Source of the DNA: Octopus sinensis
Lineage: Eukaryota
DNA length: 64,000 bases
Reading direction: 5' to 3'
Assembly: GCF_006345805.1 (NCBI RefSeq)
Contig: NC_043001.1
Span: forward strand, 79,856,001-79,920,000
In this document: piece by piece, positions 51,695 to 64,000 of the stretch
Layout: each line of letters starts with the position of its first letter
Numbering within the stretch: position 1 is the stretch's first letter
Translations under genes and position numbers: made by a program
Notes under the pieces: generated by a model
What the model saw: the letters and a program-made list of their open reading frames with translations, nothing else
Database searches by the model: none
What the model was told of the DNA's origin: nothing

Positions 51695-52905
51695 GATATT
51701 GATTTCAAATTTTGGCTCAAGGCCAGCAATTTCGGTGAAGGATCAAGTCGATTATAACAACACGAGTACCCACCCGAGTACTCTCGGCGAAAAGTGAACT
51801 CAGAACGTAGAGTCGGACGCAATGCCGCTAAGCATTTTGCCCGGCGTGCAAACGAATGTTTCAGCTCGCCGTCTTTAATAGTACATTCTACTAAAGGTAC
51901 AAGGCCTGAAATTTAAGGGGAGACACTAGTCGATAATATTGATCCCAGTACACAACTGGAAATTATTTTATCGACCCAGAAAGAATGAAAGCCGAAGCTG
52001 ACCTCGGCGTAATTTCTACTCAGATTGTAAAGACGGACGAAACGCTGCTTAACATATTGTCCGGCGTATTAACGATTGTTCCAGTATTCCACCTATAATA
52101 ATACTAATGATATCAAATTTTGACAGAATAGCCAGCAATTTCGGGTAAGAGGGTAAGTCGATTACATTGACTCTAGTACTAAACTGGCGCTTATTTTATC
52201 GATCTCGAAGGATGAAAGTCAAAGTCGATCTCGGCAGAATTTGAATTCAGAACGTAAAGATGGACGAAACGCCGCTAAACACATCGACCGGCTTTCTAAC
52301 GATTCTTTTCTACTCTAGGCACAAGACCACAAATGTATTGGTGTATAGGAGGCCAGTCAATTTGATCGACCCCAGTACGCAACTGATACTTAATTTATCG
52401 ACCCCGAAAGGATGAAAGGCAAAGTCTACCTCGGAGGAATTTGAACTCAGAACGTCAAGACAGACGAAATACCTATTTCTTTACTACCCACAAGGGGCTA
52501 AACACAGAGAGGACAAACAAGGACAGACAAACGGATTAAGTCGTTTACATCGACCCCAGTGCGTAAGTGGTACTTAATTTATCGACCCGGAAAGGATGAA
52601 AGGCAAAGTCAACCTCGGCGGAATTTGAACTCAGTACGTAACGGCAGAGGAAATATAGCTAAGCATTTCGCCCGGCGTGCTAACGTTTCTGCCAGCTCGC
52701 TGGCTTCTAGTAATAACAACATTGGTTTCCAATTTTGACACAAGGCCAGCAGTTTCCGGAGAGGGGTAGTCGATTACACTCAACTTTTACTTATTTATCG
52801 ACGCGGAAAGGATGAAAGGAAAAATTTGAACTCAGAATATCTTGACAGACAAAATACCGCTATGCATTTCGCCCGACATACCAGGGATTCTGCCAGCTCA
52901 CTGCC
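51695..52905 (-). mobile_element. Head-to-tail cluster of about 6 SINEs (dominant family, three tail types)
   Basis: Repeated core and head motifs, all on the minus strand. Confidence 0.85.
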
Positions 52906-52987
<82 letters not shown>

Positions 52988-53007
52988 TAATTAATGATAA
53001 TAATAAT

Positions 53008-53806
53008 AAATGCCCTGATACAGTACCAGGCAGTGGCTCTCATGGCTTCTGATCTTAACTGATTGGAAGTGTTATCATGTACGTTGTTTTGTCTTGGTAT
53101 AAAAGATGGGCTACAGCAAATATTCTGCTCAATACCACAGGTTTGCTTGTCAGTTGTTTGACCTTAACCAGTTGAGCATGTCCCTTAGTGGCTGACGATA
53201 TGTGCATCTCTGATCACAAGCAGAAGTAGTGGGGGAGCATCATAGCCATGTGTTGAGAGGGATTATTTGGGGTTTGAATAATTCACCTTTGGAAACATGG
53301 GTGTTTCGTTCAACGTCCTTAAATAACCCTAATTCAGGGACCTTTTGAGTGGGTTGGGCTACTCGACCAGAAGAAAATTCTAACTGGGCCCCACCTGCAA
53401 GGTCATGTGCTGTTTATCTAGATATGAGATCACCATGTCGCGCACATATGGTTGTGATGCATGTACCTGGTATACCCTTATCAGACGGGTAGTCATGATG
53501 GGTATACTTTAGGCGGCGAGCTGGCAGAAACGTTAGCACGCCGGGCGAAATGCTTTGCGGTATTTCGTCTGCGTTACGTTCTGAGTTCAAATTCCGCCGA
53601 GGTCGACTTTGCCTTTCATCCTTTCGGGGTCGATAAATTAAGTACCAGTTACGCACTGGGGTCGATGTAATCGACTTAATACCTATGTCTGTCCTTGTTT
53701 GTCCCCTCTGTGTTTAGCCCGTTGTGGGTAATAAAGAAATAGGTATACTGGGCTTCGTATATTTTACCCCAGTGTCACTTTGTTGGCATGCACTGCTCTC
53801 TCACTC

Positions 53807-53807
<1 letters not shown>
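53008..53807 (-). mobile_element. (AAT)n-inserted ~580-bp repeat, interrupted by a SINE
   Basis: Reverse complement of 12346-12928. Confidence 0.85.
53510..53741 (+). mobile_element. SINE (dominant family) with 8-bp TSD ggtatact
   Basis: TSD at 53501-53508 and 53742-53749. Confidence 0.9.
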
Positions 53808-53869
<62 letters not shown>

Positions 53870-53873
<4 letters not shown>

Positions 53874-54893
53874 TTATTGGCAACAAGAGCTCACATAAAA
53901 ACACATAGAACAGCATAAAAGACAAAAACAGGACGATACAATGGGTTTTGCAACGTGTAAACAATATAAATAATAATTAAAATTAAACAATTTAAAGTCC
54001 CACTAGAGGAGGCGCTTTAAGGTCCTCGTAGAAAGCCCACAAAAGCCACGGGTGCCTGAACAACAAGGCAAGAACCCATCTCGTATTGTTTACACGTGCA
54101 CGCTCAGAATTGTTCCTTTCATATCGGCCATTCTTCCAACATTCAGCCACCTTTCAACAGACTTGCTACAAGGCAACACATCCCTCTCCACCATCAATCT
54201 CCTTTTCAAGTAAAACTTGAAAAAGTTGATGAGCACTTGCTGGACCCTTTTAAACGGGTCCACCATACTACATCGTTCGCCACATCCACTAGACAAATAT
54301 AAATTGCCTTACTTCTCGGACAAAAGAGGGTGGCGGGGCAATCTTCTCAATGGATTCAGCTGATAGCTGGATCCGTCCCATACACGACAGAAGGTGTTCG
54401 ACATAAAACTACAGGCGCACCTCGAGAAGGCCCGGCTGACGCACTTCCGTGCCTGTAACGTTTATCCCGAACAGGCAGCGCCCGTCGGTAGCACTGCAAG
54501 GCAAACGATTTCTAGATGTTATCCATAGGCCCAGGCCCGAAAGTTCTCCGAAACAGACCGTTTAGTTGATCTTCATCGATGCCCAGAATTTCCCCAAGAA
54601 CGTCGCCGCACTTTCCCTCCGCTAGCCTTCTATAGAGCACTAGAGTAGAACTACCACCGACCGTTTTGCCCGCCTGGCGGAGGGCTGTGAGCGCTTGATG
54701 GCACTCGAGGTGCCAAGCTCCCCACCTCGGTCTACGCCTAATCCAGGATTGTAGCTCAGTCAAAGAGACAAGCTGTCGAAAAGCGCGTCTTACAAACGGT
54801 GACCACACCTGTACACTGTCAAGGAAACACTGGAGAAGCCGCAACCTCAGTGCATGTCTGCGCATCAGTAACTACGCCACACCCAGCCCTCCA
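53870..54893 (-). pseudogene. L1/Tx1-clade ORF2 C-terminal fragment + 3' UTR
   Basis: GGLGVA*LLMRRHALRLR..., FYLKRRLMVER...ERW; AATAAA before (ATT)n. Confidence 0.7.
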
Positions 54894-56661
54894 TTATCAA
54901 CAAAAACCATTCAGAATATGCAATCCAAAATTACAATTAGACTCAAGATAGATTATAATCACAACTGCAACGTCCCGTACATTCACACACATACGCACGC
55001 ACACACACAGAATTACACGCACACGCACGCACACACACATATATATACATATATACATATGTGTATCTTTATAGTTATTCAAGGACAAAATACACATAAA
55101 CGCACACTCACACATAAACACATATATATAAATATATACACTACATATATATATACGCATATACATATATACACCATACACACATATATGTACGCACACA
55201 CAAACACACACACTAACATAATTTGTATTCAAAGTTACAAGCCTATGTTTGATTTAATTAACATATTTTTCAACCACTCTTCTTATTTCTAACGTTCTGT
55301 AGGATGAAAGAGTGCATGCAATCGATCTCAATATTGAATTGGTTCGTCTTTTATAGACCCCCGCAACACCAAATCGATTCCAGCACATGTGGGATTTGAA
55401 ATCACAAACTAAAGTATTGCAACTCAATACTGCAGCCTGCTGCTTTTGACGCTCCATTACCATTAACGTATTCCAATATTACAATTATTTCCCAAGAAAC
55501 TATTATTGGTTTGGTCTTTTTATGGAAGTTCCCTGGTCCCATATGGCAGCACTTAATTCTAATAATATTCTCAAACGTTTGGTGTTGATATATTTGAAAC
55601 AAACGTAACCTCACTGTTTCTATCAGAGCTATATACACTTTCACTCCTGCAACAGTTGTTAACTGCAAATTTACAGCCTAACAGATAGGAATATTTTCTG
55701 CTTTACATGAAATAAGTTTTAAGCTTACACATCTCTCTGCTGCAAATCACGAGCATTTCGTTCTCTCAAACACTTCCAAACCATATTTTAGGCTTGGCCT
55801 ACACAATTCTCGAATAAGCCTAGAAAACCATATTGCAATAATGAACACCTCCCAAAATGTATAATCAGGCACATGCAGGTGCTTCGACACATACTGCACA
55901 AAATGCATAGAACATGATATACTAAGATACAGAGACTGCTCTAGCTACTAATATACAGAGGCTGCTCTAGCTACCACCCTTCAAAACATGTCCACCTATC
56001 TACAACGCTGCCCATATACTTCGTGCATTATTTCATTAGATCATATACTACAGGTCGTTTTCCTCGTGTTCGTAATTATTTTGCTGAGGTTACTATTAAC
56101 ATCAAAGGAAACAATAAGAATAACTAACGAACACAAAATGTCCAGAATGCAACCGTGAACCTACGATCGATGAGGTCGACCTACTATAGAGTTCATGACA
56201 TAATGTGCCACTAATACAAGTAGGGAGTGTTGTAGGAAAACAGTGATGAGCACAGGGGTCATTATATAGTCACTAATGGAAATTTTTTAGTGGACCTAGG
56301 ACTTAAGTTTTTCATGAGCTTCAGAAGTCATAAAGTAAGAGTTTGACCTGATGCCATTAGCGTATAAGTGAGTGAAATTACTACACCTCACTCCATACAC
56401 ACTCCCACTGAATGATCCGCTGCAGAGTTTACTGACCACCTATTCCTGGAACCGCATTAGTGATGAGTGGACTGGGGTAATGTGAAATAAAGTGCTTTGC
56501 TCAAGAACACAGAGCACCGCTCTGTTCGGCAATCGAATCTATGATATTTCGATCATGAAGACAACGCACTCAACACTAGGACACAAATATTTACAAATAA
56601 CATTCAGACCCCTTTCCACCACCATCAAATGTTTTAAAAGAGAAGGCTATATTAAATAAAG

Positions 56662-56959
56662 TACAGCAATCCCGCGACTATCGCGGGTGTTACATTCCAA
56701 AACATCCCGCGATAGGTGAAAATCAGCGAAGTAGAAACAATACTGTACTGTATATTTTATTATTATCATTATTATAATTTGTATGTATTTATTTTATTAT
56801 AAATGCAATTCAACACCACGGAGGAATCGACGTAAGCTTAAATAATAAACCGCGATAGGTGAACTACGATAGGTGAACCGCGATAGGTAAACCGCGATAT
56901 GTGAGCCGCGATAGGTGAACGGTGATAGGTGAACCGTGATATGGTGAGGAATTAATGTA
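56662..56959 (+). mobile_element. Tc1/mariner (pogo/Tigger-like) MITE with 14-bp subterminal tandem repeats
   Basis: TA-CAGcAATCCC..ACTATCGCGG; ccgcgataggtgaa repeated ~6 times; related copy at 59736-60230. Confidence 0.7.
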
Positions 56960-57377
56960 GTTATATATTTAATCTCTTCAGAAAGAAATAAGACGAGAAG
57001 ATCACCTCGAGTTACTTTTTATCATAGTTTGGCAGACTTTCACAGAGCTTCAGTCGACTTAATTCTGTTCACACGTGTCTTGTATTGTCAACGGAAGCGA
57101 TAATCTTATACATTTGTCCAGTTTTCCATCCTGTGTTCAAACCTGAAACACTTTTTACGAAACGGTATCCATATCCTCAGCTAGCAATTTTAACCGAAGT
57201 GGGTCTTTACGTTGTGTTCTTTGGACAGCACTGATGTGTAGTTGAATATTTCAAATCCGGTACTGTCTTGTACTTATTGTATCTGCCTCATTTGCCGAAC
57301 TGCTAGATCATAGAAGCCTGAATAAACAGCGTTTGTCATGAGGTTGAGGGCCACACACAACACATACGTGCGCTGAA

Positions 57378-57439
<62 letters not shown>

Positions 57440-57443
<4 letters not shown>

Positions 57444-57560
57444 CGGGCTTCTTTTAATTTCCGGCTTCTCTTCGAAATTCACTCATAAGATTTAAGGTCG
57501 AACTGGAGCGATAGTATAAGATACTTGTCCAAGGTGTTGCACAGTAGGAATGAACGCAAA
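57440..57560 (-). mobile_element. Diverged CORE-like SINE 5' half
   Basis: gacgggcttctt...acttgtccaaggtg. Confidence 0.6.
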
Positions 57561-58874
57561 AGCACGTCGGAGTTTCTTCATCAAGCAGTTATTCCTGGAC
57601 ATATTTTCTATTTTATTTTATTTTATTTTATTTTCAAGAAGTGTCTCCGATACCCACGCTTAATTTTTTATTCCTAGAGAAAGAGGCGTTGTGACAACAT
57701 AACCAATTCGAAAAATAGGTGAACGAGAAAGAGTAGAGGGAAAATGAATGCCTCGTCCCTAGTTTTTCACTGGTATTTTACAGCTCAACAACGGAAGATG
57801 ATAGATTTTCTTGACATTCAGTAGGTATTGAACTTAGAGTGTAGAGTGCCCAGACGAATGCTGTAGTGTATTTTATCCGCCGTTCTAGCGATTACGCCAT
57901 ATGAAGTATAGCGACTATTAGATTTAGATACGCCATTAGATCTATAAAGATAGATTATTAAATCTACAAATTTAGAAGTAGGTCTCGAGTACAGTGGTGC
58001 AATAGCCGTTTCGTTGTGTGGTTTAAGTAGCACCGATGTCCTTTGCTACAATACTGATGCGCTTCAATTCCAGCTATAGTTAAATTGGAAAAATTATTTG
58101 AATCAGCACATAATTCTCATGAAAATAAAAATACCACTCTTGCAGAACACAATTGCAAGTATTATGCACAATTGCACAATTTTCTGCAGTAATGTATTGG
58201 TGCGCGCCGCAGCACAGGAAAGCAAAATAATCGAGGACAAACCAATCACTTATACGTTATTCATTCAATTGTAACAAATATTGGGCATTTAAAGGTTAAA
58301 TTTTCGTTGCCATATTCTTTAAATGTGTTTTGCTGTGGAAACAATCCCGGTCCTTATTCTTGTAATGTTTGCTGCATATTTCTGCAGTCCTGCACAATAA
58401 CAAATCACTTAAGCGAATTTAAACTATGTTCATTCACATCATTTATTCATTCATTTATTATTCATTGAGTTTATATTCTTGCTTGCGTTCCTGATAAAGT
58501 TCTTTTATATTTAATACTTCCTTCTATTATTTCTTCGCTTCTTCATGCATTCATCTTTTCTATTTCTTTTCTTTCCGTTTTCTTCTTTCGAGCTTACTTG
58601 CATACATTTTCTGATTCTGAGCATCATCATCTTACCTTCATCATTCTCTCCGTTTTCTCTCTCGACTCATTTCTAATACTTATTATACTTTTAAAAGATT
58701 TTAAAAACATAAAATACTAAACATTACCTGAAAGAAGTTATCACTGCAAGTGTAGAATCAATTATTTTAAAACAATACTATACCTAGTGACTTCGAAGTT
58801 TCGTTAGACTAGGACTGAAACCGATGAGGCTGATCAGTGGCGGAGCTTTGGTGTCACTGGCAACAAAATTAATG

Positions 58875-59123
58875 TACTTGTAGCGACATTCTCCCTGGGC
58901 GAGTTGAGTCGGCTTCTTCTACCACCCTCGAGGCATCTCGAACCATGGTAGCCCATGCACGACGGTCCTGCGCCAGTTCACTGGAGATAGCGAGCCAGTC
59001 ACGGTTCCATCGGCGCAGGCCGACCATCTGCGGTCCCGTGAGCACGGAGAGGTCCTCCTTGATCGTCGTAACCCAGGTTTGCAGCTGCCCGCCCGCGCGC
59101 TTCCCAAACGCGCGGGCGGTCAG
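58875..59123 (-). pseudogene. RTE-clade LINE 3' fragment
   Basis: KRAGGQLQTWVTTIKEDL...W...SELAQDRRAW; tail ends caagtac. Confidence 0.75.
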
Positions 59124-59339
59124 CTAAATTAATGGCTGAGTAGCTAAAATGTTTGTTTTGTAATCAAATGATTTTGAGTTCAATCTCAATCGTAGCAACT
59201 TGGACAAGTGTCTTGCATCGTCAGTTAAATGCACACACACTCTCTCTGCCTCTCTCTCTCTCACAAACACACACACACACACACACACGCATACACAAAC
59301 ACACACACACGCACACACATAGAAGCACGTACATGCTGA

Positions 59340-59669
59340 GACACCCTTCGGTCATGACTGACCATGCGATTGCACCTAGAAAGTTACCCTCCAGACACAA
59401 GTCCGGGCAAGGTTGTTTATGAAAGACCAGCAGTCGCCCATGCATACCGGCCTCCCCTCTCCATACCACCGATGTTATCCAAGGGAAAGGCAAAGGCCGG
59501 TACAGCTTGGTACATGTGACGTCGCAACTAATTTCTACAGCAGAGTGAACTGGAGCAACGTGAAATAATGTGTCTTGCTCAAGAACACAACACACAGCTC
59601 GTGCCGGGATTCGAACTCACAACCTCACGATCGTAAGCTCGACACCCTAAACACTGAGTCATGTACCTT

Positions 59670-59670
<1 letters not shown>
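59340..59670 (-). mobile_element. tRNA-derived SINE (third family)
   Basis: Reverse complement of 34620-34950. Confidence 0.85.
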
Positions 59671-59700
<30 letters not shown>

Positions 59701-59735
59701 TTATATATATATATATATATACACAGACACAGTAA

Positions 59736-60230
59736 TACAGTAATCCTACGCCATATCGCGGTTCACCTATCGCGCATTCAATACATCGCGTTTCACCTAT
59801 CACGCACTCAGTACATCACGGTGTTTTTCTGGCTAATATATGTAAATTTATATCACGGACTCTTCAATATATCGCGGCTTTCTGCGGCCGAAATGTATTT
59901 ATATATTTTTAGATTCTAATTATTTCTGTAGTAAAATAAGCATTTCACGACTAAGAATTAATAAATTAATAGATAGAAATAGAGTACAGTACTGCACTGT
60001 ATAACACGTTAATTAAAATATATTAAAAGAAAATATGTAGTTTACCGCAGATGAGTAAACAAAGATTCGCATATACTGAATGGAAAACAAAACTCGGGAG
60101 ATGAGTTGTGATATTGTTTTGCATTTGCAATAAAATGAATATATACAAATTATAAAAATGATAAAAAATTAAATACATCTATCGCAGGAAGTTTTGGATT
60201 GTAAAACCCGCGATAGTCGAGGGATTATAG
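59736..60230 (-). mobile_element. pogo/Tigger-like MITE, longer copy in opposite orientation
   Basis: TA-CAGTAATCC..CCATATCGCGG ... cccgcgatagtcgagggatta. Confidence 0.7.
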
Positions 60231-60575
60231 TTTATTTGTGCATGTGTGAATGTGTATGTGTGCGCGCACCCTTGTCTGTGTGTCATGTGCGCATGTCAGT
60301 TTGTATAGTCCCTATTTCTATTTTTAAGTTTAGCACCGCTTGGAAAATGGTGTTTTATTACTATGAGCATTGGGGTTGATAAAATCGACTAGCCACTTCC
60401 TCCAAAATTTCAGGCCTTGTGAGTTCAATTTTCGCAGTGATGGACTTTTATGGACTTTTATCGTTTCGAAGTTGATAAATTAAGTACCAGTTACACATTG
60501 GGGTTGATGAGATCGATTTACCCCTCCCCACAAATTTCCGGCATTGTGCCTATACTAGGAGGGTCTATTATTATT

Positions 60576-60614
<39 letters not shown>

Positions 60615-60662
60615 ATTACTGTTGTTGTTGTTAGTATTATTTTGTTGTTGTTGTTGTTGTTG

Positions 60663-60703
<41 letters not shown>

Positions 60704-60714
60704 ATTATTATCTT

Positions 60715-60918
60715 AAGGCAGCGAGCTGACAGAATCGTTACAACGCTTATCAGTATTTAACCAGTCGCTACGTTCTGAGATCAAATTCCACTGAGGTCGA
60801 CTTTGCCTTTCATCCTTTCGGAGTCGATAAATTAAATATCAGTGAAAAACTGGGGTTGATGTAATCAACTAGGCCCCTCCTCCAAAATTTCAGAACTTGT
60901 GCCTATATTAGAAAAGAT
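60715..60918 (+). mobile_element. SINE (dominant family)
   Basis: aggcagcgagctgacagaatcg...core...tail. Confidence 0.8.
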
Positions 60919-61278
60919 TATTATTACTATTATTGAGTCTAAGAAAGAGAACTGGAAAGGGCACTTCTTGGTATTCAGGATGGTGTTGAACAGTGGGGTA
61001 CCTCGATTATCACTAGAGGTCATCCTGTCTCAGGAGGACATCTCTATCACGCCCCGCCCGTTTTTTTTTTACCTTTGTATACTATGTATGTTTCCAGCCC
61101 TTTTCATTGTATATTTAATTTTTATTTATTTATTTATTTTATCATTTCCTTATATGTAAACCCCAACACTTTATGCCTGTTTTGCATTGTCCCCCTCATC
61201 CTTCACCAAGGTGGCAAATAAATTAAATCATTATTATTGTTGTTGTTTCTGTTGCTGTTGTTACCGCTGTGGTCGTCC

Positions 61279-61384
<106 letters not shown>

Positions 61385-61407
61385 TATTATTATTATTATT
61401 ATTATTA

Positions 61408-61455
<48 letters not shown>

Positions 61456-61457
61456 AT

Positions 61458-62019
61458 AGTTTTATTTTTATAGCGTGCTTTCACTTCACTACCGAGCGCA
61501 GCTCTGTGTGCCTTGGGTATGTGCTGTGATTTGTTGTGATGCTCTGATGGTTATTGTATGGAAAGTGTTCTGCGTAGGATGTGTACAGTGCCTAGTAGTG
61601 CAATTTTCTGTATGTTATATGTGTTTGTAAGTCCTGGTGTTTTTGTTATGTATTTGTCTGAATATTTTTTTATCATGCCTAATGCACCTACTATGATAGG
61701 AATTGTTTCTGTTTTTAGATTCCACATTCTGGTTACCTCTATTTCCAGGTCTTTGTATTTTGAGAGTTTCTTTATTTTTTTTTAGAGACACGTTGTCATC
61801 AGCCGGTATTGATACATCAATTAGAAAGCATTTTTTCCTTCATGATCTTTGACAACTATATCTGGTCTGTTGGCCTTAATTTCTCTATCTGTGTGTATCA
61901 GCATATCCCAGAGTATGGTTGCTTTCTCGTTTTCTGTGACCTTTTCTGGTGTGTGCCTATACCATCTTTTTTCTGTTGTTATTCCATAATGTTGGCATAG
62001 CTTCCAATGTATGTATGTA
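61458..62019 (-). pseudogene. R4/Dong-type LINE 3' fragment inside (ATT)n
   Basis: ANRPDIVVKD; KYKDLEIEVTRMWNLKTETIPIIVGALG; QKIALLGTVHILRRTL; (ATT)n on both sides. Confidence 0.85.
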
Positions 62020-62089
<70 letters not shown>

Positions 62090-63819
62090 GGCGCAGAATT
62101 GGCTGTGTGGTAAGTAGCTTGCTTACTAACCATATGGTGCCAGGTTCAGTATGTTCCCTAACAATCCTCTAACGTTATTCTGAGCATAATGTGAGGTCGC
62201 ACAAATCATATTGGAAGAGATTTACTTCCGAGACTAGTTTTACAGCGAAAGGTTTCCCCACATCCGAATGTATTCCAACTTATTAAATATGATTTTACAG
62301 AAATATATTATACATAACCCTGACTCGTGGGAAATAATTTATTTAATTATAGCTTGACCAAGCTCTACGCATATCAACAAACGTTCCGTTTAATGTTATA
62401 ATATAATACGAATTCTTCTCGGACTGTACCTCTACGATATGTTCTAAAAACAAGACTGTCCTCAAGCAGCGTACATATGACATATCTTTGTAGTAGTCTT
62501 TTTGCTACAAATATTATTATACTCTTCTTTAAATTGAACACTAACCGCCTGTGTTTCACAACTGTTAACCGAAGATCAGTGTTCGTGAAGGATGCTTCTC
62601 CTTTGACGGTTCCATGCATACACACACGCTCGCACACACACACACTTACACAAACACACACACACACAAATTTATCTCAAGATTCTATTATAGACTGTGC
62701 TGTACCTAAATACTAAGTATTCAATCTCTGCTGAGAAAAGTTCTATGCAAACTAATCTAATTTATTACTAAGCTCTCATTTGTGTTTGGTTTCAAAAGCG
62801 ATTAACCGCTGGATTTCTTTCTGTATAGAATGTCGAGAATATATTAGTTCTCTGAGGAATATTGTGATATGTCATGTCAATCTCTTTTATATCTTTTTCT
62901 GTGTGCATAGATAATAAAAAAAGTGTAAGTACAAGCGGTTAAAGTTTCAGAATGAATACTTTAAAAACGATAGCTCAACAAATTTATATCTCGACACATA
63001 ACAGTCATTGCATTGGGCATCAAAATTTATTAGAATATACATATATATGTGAGTGTGTGTGTGTATGTGGCTTGTAAATCCGAGGCTCCAGCACTAAACA
63101 AAATTGATGTAATAGTTACACAGTAAACTAAAGGAACACAGAGAATGAAGATGCATTCGTTATCAACTATTTAATTACTTACACACGTTTCAAATAGAAT
63201 GGTACAACTAAAAGAAACACATTTAAAATAGCAATACTCATTATTTAATCGTTCCCCCATTTGATCGAGTAGTCTATTACAGAAAGAGAGGTAATAAATG
63301 CCATTCTTTTCTTATCAAAGCCAGAATGGCTCTAATAAAACTGTTTGCCGACGTTCTGTTATTTTACATATGTGCTAACCGTAAGAAGTGTGTGATATAA
63401 AGTGCACAAAGAAAAGATAACTCAAATTAATATAACTATGCGTACTCTGTATACTGGACCGAAAAAGCAAACTACATCTGGTGTATTACTAAGATACACT
63501 AAAGAATAGCATGTTTATTTGAGAAAGCCCTTAAATTCTTTTTAATGAATTTGAACAACGTAACAAGCAATACTTAGTTCCTTTTATTTATTTGTGTTAG
63601 ATCTGTATTTGAGGATTTGCAGCGTCTTATTGAGGCATAATTTACACCTAACACTCCCTCCATATACGGTATGGCACTTTATACTAATATCCTAGACTTT
63701 GAGGATTCAGTAAAGCTTGATAATGGGACGTTTTCTTTTAATTTGTATTTAAATGCAAGTTTTCCATTATGCATCCCAAATTTAAATTGTGTTGCATAAA
63801 AAAATAAATAAATGCACCC

Positions 63820-64000
63820 TTTTAACGCCTAGCCAGGCTCATGGGCCCGGTTTCCCGGTTTCTATGGCGTATGTGTTCCCCAGCTGGACGAGACGCCAGT
63901 CCATCGCAGCGTTACTCATTTTTGCCAGCTGAGTGTACTGGAGCAACGTGAAATGAAGTGTTTTGCTCAAGAAAACAACACGTCGCCCGATCCAAGAATC
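63820..64000 (-). mobile_element. tRNA-derived SINE 3' part (runs off window end)
   Basis: ttcttgagcaaaacacttcatttcacgttgctccag core shared with the 34620 family; different tail ctgcgatggactggcgtc. Confidence 0.75.

Overview
Eukaryotic, AT-rich, microsatellite-dense non-genic DNA. The repeat landscape looks like an Octopus-type cephalopod genome, but that is recognition from memory, not a search result. I see no convincing host exon; nearly all listed ORFs are microsatellite or SINE read-throughs. Real coding remnants are all transposon-derived: a Penelope-like element (RT + GIY-YIG), R4/Dong-type RLE LINE fragments, Tx1/L1-type ORF1 and ORF2 pieces, an RTE fragment and a mariner. There are also at least five tRNA-headed SINE families, Helitron-like elements and MITEs. 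The main discovery is the near-identical ~490-bp tandem array at 1-3992. Every unit carries a type I hammerhead ribozyme fold (8-bp stem I, CUGAUGA, long stem II, GAAAC-GG-UGCA-UC-GUA), 8 copies in total, in two inverted arms, the right arm ending in (TA)n. This is the architecture of a non-LTR retrozyme / ribozyme satellite. Several unrelated (TA)n-embedded elements (5.5, 45.3, 49.7 kb) and a tRNA-headed SINE also carry hammerhead cores, some sharing a downstream TATTTCTAR box. This suggests a family of ribozyme-bearing non-autonomous retroelements. Ribozyme activity is inferred from fold only.
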